Shown: in pieces, positions 1-12,384 of the stretch
Numbering within the stretch: position 1 is the first letter of the stretch
Layout of the letters: every line of letters starts with the position of its first letter
Assembly: GCA_965112735.1 (NCBI GenBank)
Contig: OZ218960.1
Span: 2,294,001-2,358,000, forward strand
Direction of reading: 5' to 3'
DNA: 64,000 bases
Source: Phaeosaccion multiseriatum
Taxonomy: Eukaryota; Protista; Ochrophyta, other classes
Notes under the pieces: model-generated
What the model saw: the letters and a program-made list of their open reading frames with translations, nothing else
The model's database searches: none
Told to the model about the DNA's origin: nothing
Translations under genes and position numbers: made by a program

Positions 1-277
1 CTCTGAGCTCCTCCTCAATGGGGTTGCCTGCGGGGCCCAAGTCTCCGGACGGTGCCGTAAAGTACACCTTAGGAGTAGACAGACACACACAGAGGCAAGA
101 GGGAGGCGTGGGGGGTGAACGTTGGACAGATGGACCGTCAATACACACACACACTGGGATTGAGACCCAATACACACACATATGCACAAGTGCACACACA
201 CACAAACACACACACACATACATGCAAGCACCCACCCGACGCGCACACACACACACACACACACACAAAACACAACA

Positions 278-312
<35 letters not shown>

Positions 313-3300
313 CACAACACACCCCGGCCGTTCACCCTTACATGCATGGCGTGAACATCCTCGTTGGTCCTGAACCACTGCAGGCTCTGGTAGAGCACCC
401 TGTCCGTGAACTCGAGGTCCCTGAGCGTCACCGGCACGCCCAACAAGTGCTTGTACAGGGGTCTGGCCAGGTGCAGGGGCAGCGCCACTGAGTCCATCAG
501 TGCCTTTGCCAAGAAGAAGCCCACAAACTTGTAGGCAAGCTCCATGGAGCCAAACAGCTTCACCGCTCTATCGTAGGCCCGAAAGTGGCGCCTTGTGGCA
601 GGGTTGAGGAGGTAGGTGACGTTGTCGGTGGCCGCATAGGTAAAGAGGCCGAGGGAGGGGTCTGAGATGAGGCTGGCGACGCAAGAGAACCATTCCCTGG
701 CCAGGCCGCCGGCGTCGATGCCCGCCTCTCCCGTGAACTTGAAGCTGAAGGGCTGGCGGAGGCCTCCCGATGCCTGAGGAGCAGCAGCAGCAGTTGGTCA
801 TACAGCAGCGCAGTTTGTGATACATCGGTAGTTTGGTGACAGCAGCAGTCGCGTGTTGAAGAAAGAGCCGCAGTCGCATCGAGCCAAGCCCCCTTTCTCT
901 CACGCTCTCTCTCACGCTCTCTCTCACGCTCTCTCTCACGCTCTCTCTCACGCTCTCTCTCACCCACTCACTTCCTCCCGCCCTCCCGCCTTCCCGCCCT
1001 CTCTTCCTCTCTCCCTTCCTCCCTCCCTCCCTCCCTCCCTCCCTCCCCCTCACCTGCGCTGCATCTGCGGCGAAAAGCTCTCTCACACTGTCCTCTAGGA
1101 GGAAGGCCCTCCGCACCTCCACGAGTCGAGTCACCCGGGGGGGCTCAACCCAGGGCTCCACTAATGGGGACAGCCCTCCACCCTCTGTGTCTAGGATAGC
1201 CAGCGCGTCCTCTGCTGCTGTATTACCAACCGCTGCTGCTGCTGCTGCTGCTGCTCCTGCTGCTGGTGTACCACCAACTGCTGCGGGTGTTGGTGCTCCA
1301 GACCCTCCTCCTCCGCCTCCTCTTTCCCGCTCTGCCCGAGCAGAAGCCTCTCGCCGTATCCGATCGCAGTGCTTCTTGAACCAGCGCCTCTTCCTCTCAA
1401 ATGGCAGCGTCGCCACCAACGCGAGCACCTCCGTGGTGATGGTGTTACTCCTCCCTCCGGCACCCCCCCCCCTCCCGTCCTGCTCGGATTCCAACATGTC
1501 CACGAGCTGCTGTGTGTCTGCCAACTCCTCCTTGAGATCCCTGCCCCTCACCCACTCAATCTTGCCGTCGGTGGTAATCCTCCTCAGCCACGCGCTGTCG
1601 TACCGGAGAGATGGTGTCCTCCTTCTCTTCTTCCTCTGATCCCGCCTCCGCCTCCGCCGCCGCTGCTGCTGCTGCTCCTCCTCTCCCGCCCCAGCGTGTC
1701 CCCTGCTGCCTCCAGCGACCTGCCGACTACTCCGCGCTGATGCAGGCACGCGCCTACCAGGCTGTGGCTCTGACTGTGGCTGTATCACCAACTGCTGTGG
1801 CTGTGGCTGTGGCTGTGCCTCGAGGTTGGTCGGCGCGGCAGCGATGGCGACTCCTCCTCCTCCCCCTCCCCCTCCTCCTCCCGGGCTGTGCGCGGAAGAT
1901 CGGCGGCCATTAGGCCCGTTCATGCTTGTTGCACTTGTCCTCCTCCTCTCCGCTGCCCCCACAGCCATCACACCCATCGGGTCCATTTGGTCCATCGGGC
2001 CCTCGCTTGTCCCTCCGGACTCTCCCCACCCTCCTGCCCTTACACCACTACGACCTACCCTCTCAGCAGCAGGAGCACCACCTGGTAGCAGTACGCCAAC
2101 AGGAGACGACGACGGGTTGTTAAGGCTCTCTTGAAACAGAAGATGGACGCCGCGCTGCCCCTCCGCAGATGCCCACACCAGAGTCGGGGACGAAGCTTCG
2201 CCTTCTTCTCCTTCTCTTTCTACTGCTGCCACTGACGCTGATGCTGTTGTATCACCAGTAACTGTTGCTGTCGGGCTCCCGTTGTGCGTGTGTCGCCGTA
2301 ACCGTCGAAGCGGATCGCTACCACCCCCACCCCCCGCCGCTCGCGCTCTCGCGCCGTGCTCAGAATCCACCCGGCCTTCGCGCCCCCCTCCTGCCTGCCC
2401 TCCTCCTCGCCCTCTTCCTGCCCGCCCATATGCCTGCCCATACCAGTACGAGTTGTGCAAGTTATCTAGCCCAAGCACTGCGAGAGTGCTGCTGTTCAGC
2501 ACGCTGCTGCTGACCTCCTCCTCCTCCCCATCCCCCATCCTCCCTAAGTCTTGCCCCTCCCCATTGTAGCTACTGCCTCCTCCTCCTCCTCCTCCTCCTC
2601 CTCCTCCTCCTCCTCCTCCTCCTCCTCCTTCTCCTCCTCCTTCTCCTCCTCCTCCGCCCCCCCCCCTTGTCCCTCCGTTGCTAAAGCTCATAGTGTCGTC
2701 GCCCTCTAGGAAGGACACATCCGAAGACATCCTACTCATGCTCATACTCCACTCATCTTCGTCAGGCCTGGAGTCCAGAGAGGAACGCAGGTCCCGACTC
2801 CGAGTACTCCCTAAGTGTTCGCTTCCTCCGCTGTCCCTCCTCCCATACGCCGCGCCTTCTCCCCTTGCCCCTTGCCCCGCCCCCCTTCTCCGCTCCTCCT
2901 GCCCCTGCTCCTCTTTAGCCTCCTGCGGCTTCCACACAATGTCTCCATCACTGTTGAGCGCCCTGATGCTTCGGAACACTGCCTCTCCATCTGCCCCCAA
3001 CCTGCCCGCGGTCTGGGATGGAAGAAGGCCCAGCTCGGCAAACCCCTCCTCGTCGCCCTCATCCCTCTCCTCGGCACGGTCGTCATAGTGGTGCCCATGC
3101 TGCTGGTGCCTAGCGAAGAGCGCTCGGTACTCGAGAGACATGTGGCGCTGCGCAGCAGAAAGCACCGGCACCTCCTCTGCGTCTCTCGAAGACAGCGTGG
3201 TGGCCAGTCTCCGCTCGATGGCGTGAGGGGGGTAGTAAGGGCTACCCGACGACTGCTCAGACACCCCACCACCTTCCCCCCACTCCAGAGAGGTTTGGGT

Positions 3301-6300
3301 CCCTCCTTCTCCTCCACTACTCCCAGCATGATCCAACGCATTCAACGCCTGCGTCCCAAGGGTGGGCGATGCAAAAGACCCCCCCCCCCTCCCCCCCCCC
3401 CCCTCTAACATATCCCCCACCCCGAGCGTCAGTCCCGTGCCACTCCTCGAGTCCGTCAGCACAATGGCGTGCATACGCTCGAGCCTCGGCGCGTCGGGCA
3501 AATGAGGAAGGTCTCCAAGTATATCCGCCATTCCTACCCCGTCTCTGAGGTTACTGAAAGGCCCGTCCCAGCGCCGGCCACTCGCATGTTCCACCCCTAT
3601 CCCGCCGTGCCGCCCCATCCGCGGGGAGAGCCTCGCCCCCCCCCCTCCTACTCTTCCCATCCCCACCCCACTGCCGTGTGTCATTCCCTCTCTTACCCCC
3701 CCTCCCCCTTCCCCTCCCACGTCCCCCGGCCCCATAGCAAGGCCCAACGCCTCCTCCTCATCGAGGGAGATGATGGGCGAGCGGCCGATCCTCACCACAG
3801 CAGCTGCCCCTTCCTCCGTCGTCGCCTCGCCCCCGCCCCCGCCCCCGCCCCCACTCCCACTCCCATGCCCCGCTCCTGAGCCTTCTCGCTGCCCTCTCCT
3901 CTCCCCAGTCCGGCGTCTTGCTCTAGACCGCGCCTCTCCCCCCCTCCCACTCCCATGACCCCCTCCCGAACCCTCTCGTTGCCCCCTCCTCTCCCCTGGC
4001 CTACGCCTCCCTCTAGACCGCTGCCTCTCCGTGGGTCGCTCTGGAGGGGGGGCCATGATGATGTGGTGGTCGATGATGTGGTGGTCGGGTGCCGCTTGCT
4101 GATACGGCTCGTGGCACTCCGACAAGGCCCCCCGGGACTGCCCTAACGAGCGGCGTCGGTGATCAGCAATGCCACTCTCACTCTGGCTCTGATGCTGGAG
4201 TGTGAGAGCTCCTCCAGATCTGATAAGCTGTGCTCAACGGGAGGAAAGTTAAGCACAAGTGGGTCGGGAGAGGACGGATGGTGAGGGTGCGTGTGAGTGT
4301 GAGAGAGTGAGGTCAGTCGGTCAGTCGGTCGGTCGGTCCTCCCTTGCCCGTCCAGTCGTTTTCTCATGCGCCAACTCATCAAGCAAACAACCAACTACCC
4401 AACCACCACTCTTACATTCTCCAGGTGTGCGGAGCCGTGGAAGGACGAGATCCTTCCCTGCCGCTGCTGCTCCTGCACATGACTGAGCACGGCCTGTCTT
4501 CTCGAGCGCCTCGCGTTGAAGAGTTGCTCCTTCCACAGCGCCTTGCTCTTGTTCTTAACGAGCTGGCGGATGAGAAGGAAGGCCACAAGAAGGCGACACG
4601 CCCCCACCCCTCCCAACGCAGCACGTAACCCCTTCGCTGCTCCCATGCTGCGCATATGGCCGAGCCCGACCCTCGCGTTGAGCGCAGTGGACACCTCCCA
4701 CGCCCCCAGCCCCAGCGAAGCGACGATGACCCCCAAGTACAGCAGCTCCACCATGAAAGGAAAGGCCCGACCCAGAGACACGGGACGCACGAGTCGGATG
4801 AAGGACACGTAGACCAAAAGGAGGACACTCAACAGCGTGCCGCATAGCACTGAGCTACCGAGCACGACCGCGCCGCCCCTCTCCTCATCGAACAGCGCCT
4901 CGTCGCCTCCCTCGTGTCGAGCGGAGCCAAAGAGTACCCACAACACGCTCTCCACGGGCAGCAGCAGCGCCTGAGGAAGGACGGAGGACGTTGAGACGTC
5001 GACGTTGGTTTGTTGGATGGGGCAGAAGGGGGTGGGGATGAGAGTGGCAGCTTAGCTTCGTGTTAGTTAGAGAGCAAGTGCTGAGAAACGCACTCTCTGT
5101 CTCGTGGACACACACCTGCGCTGTGCAGAACATCAGTGCGGGCTTCGAAGCCGACCTGAGAGGAGGGACAGGGGAAAGGGGCAGGGGGGAGGAGAGGAGG
5201 GGGGGGGGGCATGCACGGCACACATGAAGCACCAGACAGAAGACGCAAATAACGAAGGGGGAAAGGGGGCGCTCAGCAGAGACCAGAGAAAGCAAAGCAA
5301 GCAAGCAATGGATGGACAAACCAGCTAGACTCTCTCCACGACACTCTGCCACCCCCGCACATCGCGCTCTTGTCACCCTCCCAACACACACAGACACAGA
5401 CAACACACACACAGACACAGACAACACACACACAGACAGACAGCACACACAGACAACACATACACACAGACAACACAAACACACAACACATACACACACA
5501 GACAACACAAACACAGACAACACAAACACAGACAACACACACAGACAACACATACACACCAGCCAACACATACACACAGACAAACACAAACACACAACAC
5601 ATACACACACACACAGACAACACATACAGACAACACAAACACACACAGACAACACAAACACACATACACACACACAGACCCCCCCCCCCCCACTACCCGT
5701 CATATACCTAGCGGTGTCTAGGGCTGCTTGGGACTCAAAGTAATCGCACAGGAAGCCCAAGTTGGTCCACTTGGCGCCCTCCAGAGCCGTGGAGCGCAGC
5801 AGTCGCAAAGCCTTGAGCAGGGCCACCGTCGCCAAGCTCCAGAACAGCGCTTGAGAAGCCATGAGGGCCCAAAACACATATGGGTAGCTGCCGTGTACCT
5901 CGCTGCGGCTGAGCAGGAGGGCCACAGCCAGGTTGTAGAGCACTGTGAGCAGCGAGAACAAGACGTTGAGCCATACGAGGCGGCGGTAGCGCATGACGTG
6001 GCTGACGTGACTGAGGGGCATCATCTCGCTGACAAACGTCACAACGTATAGCGCCACACACACCAAGCCCAGTACGATCTCCGCAGCCACTAGTTGACTC
6101 CCTAGGGGCCACGCCCGCTCTGTGCCGCCATCTCCTTCCCCTTCCCCTTCCCCTTCCTCCCCCTGCCCTCCCTCCGTGTCACGAGCCGCCCTCCTTGCAT
6201 AGTCGAAGAAGAACACAGCAAAGACCGCATTGAGGGGTACTTCCACCACTGCAAAGTACACGAGGAAAGGATAGAGCACCGCTGTGCCCGGGTAGGAGCC

Positions 6301-8359
6301 CGACGAATACATCCACTGCGGCACGGCAAGCGACTGCGATTGCGAGTTCGATTGCGTGTGCGAGTCTGAGCGCGAGCTGTGTACCCCGTCTCCTCCTTGC
6401 GACAAGGCTCCGGGAGGAGAGCTCGACCCCGCTTCGCCTCCTCCTCCTCCTCCTCCTCCTCCTCCTCCTCCTCCTCCTCTGCCACCCCTGCCCCCCTCCC
6501 TCCCCCCCCCCCCCCCGGTGAGCGTGCTGCCCAGATATGAGACGGTCTGCACAAAGAGCATAACGTCGTCCAAAGCGCTGCGCCGCACAGAGAGGAAGAG
6601 CAGCAAGCCCGCTAGGAATATGAAGTACGCACATCCCGTGGCGTGGAGCACAACCCAGCCGAGCATCTCCGGCGCCTTTATCTCTCTATAGTATGTGGTG
6701 CTGTCTATACTGAGGGTGGAGAAGAGGTCTCCCAGCTTGAGACACACATCCCCCACCATGAGCAGTGCGAAGACGAGCACGTGCCTGCGGATGGGCAACT
6801 GCTGAGGCTCGAGCAACTCCAGGCCCTTGAGGAACACCTGAGTGAGTGAGTGAGTGAGTGAGTGAGTGAGTGGGGGGTGGGTCAAGAGTAACCAAGAGCA
6901 AACAGGCAAGGAGGGGTTAGGTGAGCGCGTGCATGCCCTCTTCGCCCCCAAACAGGTAGGTAAGAGGCAAGCAAGCCAACAGGTAGGTAAGAGGCAAGCA
7001 AGCCAACAAGCAGGCAAGTCGGAGAGAGCCCCAAGTACAAGTACGACGCTCGCTACCTCAGGGCAAACTACTTACGGCCAGCGCAAGGGCGTTTCCTCCC
7101 CTCAACTATTCAATTCACCTGGTTGAAACTGTAACCCCTCAACTATTCACTTCACCTGGTTGAAACTGTAACCGCACAACCCCACCAACAAGCTCCATGA
7201 CACCTCCAGCAGCAGAAGGATGCGCACAACATCGTTGCTTCCCCCCGCCACCTGCCACACACTGAGGGCCGCGATCTGCGCCAAGAAGAAGGGCACCCTT
7301 GACCTCGCCCAGAGGCTGTAGGCCTGCGCAAGCACCTTCATACCGCGAAAGTCGGGCTCCAGGTCCGCGCTGCCGATGAGCTGCGTGATACGCTTGGCGA
7401 TGGCGCCCATGGTCCACGCAGCGAGGGCCCAGCTCAGGCACACGCACGCTGCAGTGAGGAAGAACACAATAGACTGTGGGTCCCGAAGGGCCCCTCCTAT
7501 CGAGGCGCCCCGCGGTCGGCCCATGTCGGTGTCCACGAAGAGTGCGATGGTCACGGCCACCACTGCCAGCGCCTGGAGCCTGTCCAACAGCTGCCCTACG
7601 TGCTTGGTGGGTACCCCACACAGCGTTCTATGCATGATGCCCAAGCCTCTCGCCCCTGCCGCCTGTGCAGTGGCCCCCGCTGTCAGATCTGCAGTCAGGC
7701 CAAGCGATCGTCGGCCGCCCACGGTGCCGTCGTTGAAGGTGGGGAACTCGTCGGGTGCAGGAGGGTGGCTGTCTATCGCGAGGGAGAAGCCCAGGCGCTG
7801 CAGGCAAGGTGGGCTGCACAGCAACAGGGAGAGCAGGTTGGTGCCGCTGAACCACGACCACAGCCACATGGGCACCGTCATGGCGAGAAGGAGATACCAT
7901 TCTCGTGCAGGTCCGAAGCGTTGGTAGGTCACCGCGAGAGCAGCAGCCTGGCAGGGCAGGGTAGGGCAGGGTGGGGTGGGATTGAAAAAAGACGGATGGG
8001 GATCTTGCCGAGGTGCCCGCGCGCGCGAGAGAGAGAGAGAGAGAAAGAGAGAGTCGGGGAGGGATGGCATACACACACACAGAGAGAGAGAGGCGGGGAG
8101 GAAGGACAGAGAGAGGGAGACGGGGAGAAGAGGAAGGGGGAAAGAAGGAAAGAGACAAAGGGAGAGAGAGAGCCAGACATGCAGAGAGAAAGAGAGAGAC
8201 AGGAGATGAAGATGGAGGAGGACAAGAGCGGGAGATGCTGGGATCGCGTATCCGTACGATGCTCCACCCTGTACCCACCTGCACCAAGCCATGGAGGGTG
8301 ATGGCCCGATAGATGCCAAACGGCGGATCATTCCACTTCCGATTCCGCTCCATGACCAT
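1..8359 (-). CDS. HECT-type E3 ubiquitin ligase with N-terminal polytopic membrane region (multi-exon, 3' end beyond window)
   Basis: HECT motifs in exons ~774-340 and ~67-1: LRQPFSFKFTGEAGIDAGGLAREWF, LGLF, YKFVGFFLAKAL, LYKHLLG.PVTLRDLE..D..LYQSLQW, VYFT...IEEEL. The preceding exon has LPFERKRRWF and VRRAFLLEDS. Upstream exons (8359-8279, 7947-7156, ~6837-5708, 5155-5116, 4970-4416, ~4227-1054) join in phase via GT-AG and encode ~15 hydrophobic helices. Start codon tentative. Confidence 0.8.
5383..5680. repeat. Intronic compound CA/CAGA microsatellite
   Basis: Degenerate ACACACAGACA array inside an intron of the HECT gene. Confidence 0.9.
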
Positions 8360-8563
8360 TCTCTCCGCCCCTCACTGCAGCTAGGCTGAACGGGCAAGCC
8401 AAGATTCAAGCCTCATGGCGAAGAAAGCCGGGGAACACCCGAGAAACAGGGTACGACTAGCGAACGAGCCGATGCCCAACTCTTCCATCTCCAACAGTTG
8501 GCGTGACTGAATGACCAACACGTGAATTCCGTGACCACCATCTCTTTTATCTTTCTCGGGGCT

Positions 8564-9140
8564 ATGGAGGCCGACGCCGCACAATGGAAGAGCCTCCTTT
8601 CCCCCTTACTCCGTGACGACTTGGTGTCGGCTGTGGCGCTTCTGGACAGGCATGGATCCACCCTTTTTTCAACAGCAAAGCCGAACTTCCGCCTGCCCTC
8701 GAGCGCGGCCAGGAATCTGCTGCTCGAAGGGGAGGGGAGGGAGCTGCTCGCCGCTCTTTCCCGTATTCACCTCTCGGCTGGTGAAGGAGTGGAGATTACT
8801 ACTACTCCCTCTCTTCAAGGTAGGCTCTTTCATCGTTTTGCTGTGCATCACTCAACGCTCAAAGCCCTCTCGGACCCCGCTTCCTTTTCCTGCCCCAGTA
8901 ATGGGTCGTACTTTCCTCATCCACCGATGCACATCCACCAGCCTCTTCGCGGTCGGTGCCGGTCGAGTGCTGGGTGTCCTGGCGAGGGAGATGCGTTTGG
9001 GAATACTCGTCGTCGTGTATCTGGCCCGACTCCCGACCGGCACCCCCCGAGTAGCTTTGCTCGCAGACCTGTTCTGCGCTCGCTGGCAGCACAAGCTACT
9101 GCCCCCCCAGGGGCTGCACCAGTCTGAGGGGGGCTCCTGA
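8564..9140 (+). CDS. Divergent profilin-like protein (2 exons: 8564-8819, 8899-9140)
   Basis: A phase-1 GT-AG intron joins two ORFs. The product AQWKSLLSPLL..LVSAVALLDRHGSTLF ... VMGRTFLIHR..STSLFAVG..LGVLAREMRLGILVVVY...VALLADLF follows the profilin pattern (W..Y..., AAI.G.DG, G.KY...R, G..I......I...Y, LADYL). Confidence 0.55.
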
Positions 9141-10217
9141 TATGGTAGCTCAGGGGAAAGGGACAACCTCCCTCAACTCGGCGGTGGTGGTGGAGCGAGG
9201 ACCTGCCTCTATTCCGAGCATCGCACATCGGAATGACTTCGAAAGAGGGCGCCGGATCCGAGAAGAATCACTAGTAAGACTATGTGCTACTGTAACCAAG
9301 GGCCAGCCATCGTGATGTTGATCCTCCAGGCAGGCACGCAGTGTCCTTGAACAGTTGGTGTCCTTCAGTCCTGGAGGAGGGACGGAGTGCGGAGTCTTGC
9401 AGCGGAGAGCAGCAGTGTCGCGGAGCCAGCAGCAGGGCATTGTGCATGCATGAGACTGCATGTCATGTAGTACCCTCTTATTGCCACACCGGTACTTGTC
9501 AGTGGGCTGTGCAGAAGGCGGGGAGGTCCGCGGCTCCAAGTGAGCATGTGTACAACAGCCTGGGGGGGATGCGCCACCGCCGCGGGACCTGAGGGCGAGG
9601 GGGTGAGGTAGTGGAGCTGCATCGAGGGGGTGAGGTAGTGGATGCACTGATTCCCTCCCCCGACACAGCTGCTCGACTGCTCCAACTCTGCCCTGAAACC
9701 CAGCTTCTGAAACGGTGGTTTTTTTTTGTTGTTGTTTGCTTCTCTTCTCTTTTTCTCGTGTCCAAGAGCCTTCTTTGTTGTCTTTTCTCTCTCGCCTTGC
9801 TTTCTCGAATCCCCAAGGACAACGTCATGGAGAAGGAAATACTTGTAAGGAAATAGAGAAGAGATTCCCCCGGGGGGCGGAGGGGAGGCCCAGGGGGGCA
9901 CTCCGTACGGAGGCACGGCCATACAAAGAGGGCAGCAGCGGTGACAGCGGGGGAGGGGGGGAGTAAGAGTGTTGTTAACTTTCGTACCCTTTGCGGGACA
10001 CACCCCTTATTAAGGTGATTCCTATTCTAAGGACTACCCCGACCCTAAGTATATCCTATTATTAAATCCCCCCTCCCTCCTTCCGTCTCCTTCTTTTACC
10101 ATTTAGTTCCTTTTGGGACGGAACGGCAAGGCGCATTTGGTCCGTCTGCTCAGATGTTTATCAAAACACTCGCCACCCTGGGGGGCACTTTATTGACTTA
10201 ACTGGGGGGCTGAAAGG

Positions 10218-10329
10218 TCGACCCCTGACACGCTATCGCCCACTTTCTCGATAACGCGCTATCGGCCGCCGACCGATAGCGGATAGCGCGCCGGCGATAG
10301 CCGATAGCGGATAGCATGTCAGGGGTCGA
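10218..10329. mobile_element. Small foldback/MITE-like element (112 bp)
   Basis: 20-bp terminal inverted repeats TCGACCCCTGACACGCTATC / GATAGCATGTCAGGGGTCGA (1 mismatch), with internal GCTATCG/CGATAGC repeats in mirrored orientation. Confidence 0.55.
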
Positions 10330-10556
10330 GGGATGGGGGGCACGAACATCTGGACATGAGGGCTTATGCGAGAGCTGTTTTTGCGTCATTCGACGGCGAT
10401 TGGCCGTGGCCCTCCAGCGGGCCCGACACGAGCGATCGATTCGCCACAGGATCCTAGCTGGCATCAACTTTGTTCCGATGGGGTCGAATGGGGAGGACTG
10501 ACGAGTCGGAGAGATACGAATACTAATAGGGGGCTTAGCTAAGTTTCGATAAGTTC

Positions 10557-10788
10557 TCGACGTTCGGCTCCAGGCGAGGTTTCTCGGGCTTTAGGCTTCT
10601 GGGCCGTAGCCCCCTCCAGGCTTCGGGCTTCTGGCCGCAGGCCAGCGCAGGCTTCTGGCCGCAGGCCAGTGGTCAGGCTTCAGGCTTCGCAGGCTGGGAG
10701 AAAAATGGGGGACTTGGCAGGCTTTTCGCTACTTTCTGCAGGCTTAATCGGGGGCTCGAGAGACCTCGCCTGGAGCCGACGACGTCGA
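10557..10788. mobile_element. MITE-like non-autonomous DNA transposon (232 bp)
   Basis: ~33-bp imperfect TIRs (TCGACGT..CGGCTCCAGGCGAGGTYTCTCGRGC). Flanked by direct repeat AAGTTC at 10551-10556 and 10789-10794. Internal GGCTTCTGGCCGCAGGCCAG-type repeats. Confidence 0.65.
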
Positions 10789-10890
10789 AAGTTCTCCGGG
10801 GCGGTGAGGCGTTACTTTTAGACAACCATAGATGGCACTTTAAAATAAATTTCCTTTTTTACTCTGTTGACTTTTGCGATCGATCTTTCG

Positions 10891-12384
10891 ATGGAGCCCT
10901 CAGAAGCTGGGGTGGTTTGTGTGGGCAGTGTAAACGTGGACCTTGTTGCATACACAGATTCCCTCCCACAAGTCGGCGAGACAGTTATCGGCAGAAGCTT
11001 TGAAAAGAACGCGGGGGGGAAGGGGGCCAATCAGATAGTGCAAGCTAGTTTGCTCGGCGCTCCTGCTTGGTTGATTGGATCGGTCGGCAATGATGCCCAT
11101 GGATATGAGTCGATTACCACCTTAAAAGACGCGGGTGTGGACGTGTCCGGTGTGAGCCGCACGGGCGATTGCTGCACCGGCATAGCCCAGATTTGCGTGG
11201 ACGATGCTGGTGCCAATACAATCGTCGTCGTGCCCGGAGCCAACCTTGCTATAGAACCGAAGGACGTGGAGGGCCAAGGAGCGCTTTTTCAGAAGGGTAG
11301 AGTGCTGCTGGTGAGTGGTGTGATGAATGACATGAACAACAACTCCCCTTCTTCGTACAATACTTCACTCAAGGAAGTCTGGCCCCCACTTGCCTTCACA
11401 GTGTCAGCTGGAGATACCTCTGGAGACCGTCCTCTGCGCTCTTACGCTGGCCAAGAAGGAGGGCATGAAGACCATTCTGAATCCAGCCCCAGCGGTCCCT
11501 CTCTCCGACGACATGTACGCCCTGTGCACCTACCTCATCCCCAACGAGGTCAGAGCCCCCCCCCCCAAAGCTATTCTCTCTTTGCTTTTCTTCTACGGCC
11601 GGAGTGAGGGGCGAGCGGCGGTGCCTTACCCTCACCCCAGATGTGCTCTCTCCTCCTTTTCCCAACTCCCTACCGGTGCTCGCTCGCCTGCCATACCAGA
11701 CGGAGCTCGCTGTCCTCTGCCCCGGCACCGACACCGAGTCCCTTCCTAGCATGACCGCTGCCGCTCAGAGTCTCGTGGACAAGGGGGTTGGCAACGTCAT
11801 CGTCACCCTCGGGGAGAGGGGCGCCCTGCTGGTGACCGAGGAGGGGAAGCAGCACCACTTCGAACGTAAGTAAGGCACGAGCACGAGTCTGGCCCAACCC
11901 AAGGCCTCCTCAAGGTCTGGTGTGTGAACGTGTCGTCAACTTTTATTTTGTGTGCGGCGTCTCACATGTTCTGTCTCATTCCTCATGTCATGCATGCAGT
12001 GGAGAGGCAGGTGCAAGCAGAAGATACCGTCGGAGCGGGAGATGCCTTTGCTGGAGCCTTGGCGGCATTCTTGGCCTCTGGGGCAGAGGTTGCCATCGCC
12101 ATTCCCAAGGTACACAGGGGGGACGGAGGGGGAGAGAGGGAAGGAGGACAGAATGGGGGGGGTAGGAAAGACTGGGAGGAAGAGGGAAGCGTCGGTCCAA
12201 GCGCCTTACTCCTCTTCCCTTCCTTTCCAGCCAACAGATCTCACGTCCCGCACCCTCCCTCCTCCTCTTGTCCGTCCAGGCCTGCGCCATCGCGAGTCTG
12301 TCGGTGCTGAAGAAGGGCGCACAGAGCTCCTACGCTCGCCTTGCTGAGCTTCCGGAACATCTCAAACTTCCCGTGCAGGCCTAA
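10891..12384 (+). CDS. RBKS: Ribokinase (PfkB family), 5 exons
   Basis: Motifs VVCVGSVNVDL, GGKGANQ, GSVGND..G, QLEIP, ILNPAP, PNE.EL, VIVTLGERGA, DTVGAGDAFAG, KGAQSSY. Stop TAA at 12382-12384. Confidence 0.95.

Noticed and set aside
18-491. ORFs translating to HTHTHT, CVCVCV, THSLTHSL, PSLPPSL, GREGGRE, SVCLSVCL etc. (here and throughout the window)
   Set aside because: They are translations of intronic microsatellites lacking stop codons, not proteins.
9150-10060. Short ORFs between the profilin-like gene and the MITEs
   Set aside because: No recognisable domain and no convincing exon chain; coding status cannot be supported.
10498-10523. CTGACGAG...CGAA resembling a hammerhead ribozyme core
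   Set aside because: Stem II pairs only 2 bp, GAAA reads GAAT, and I found no stems I/III.
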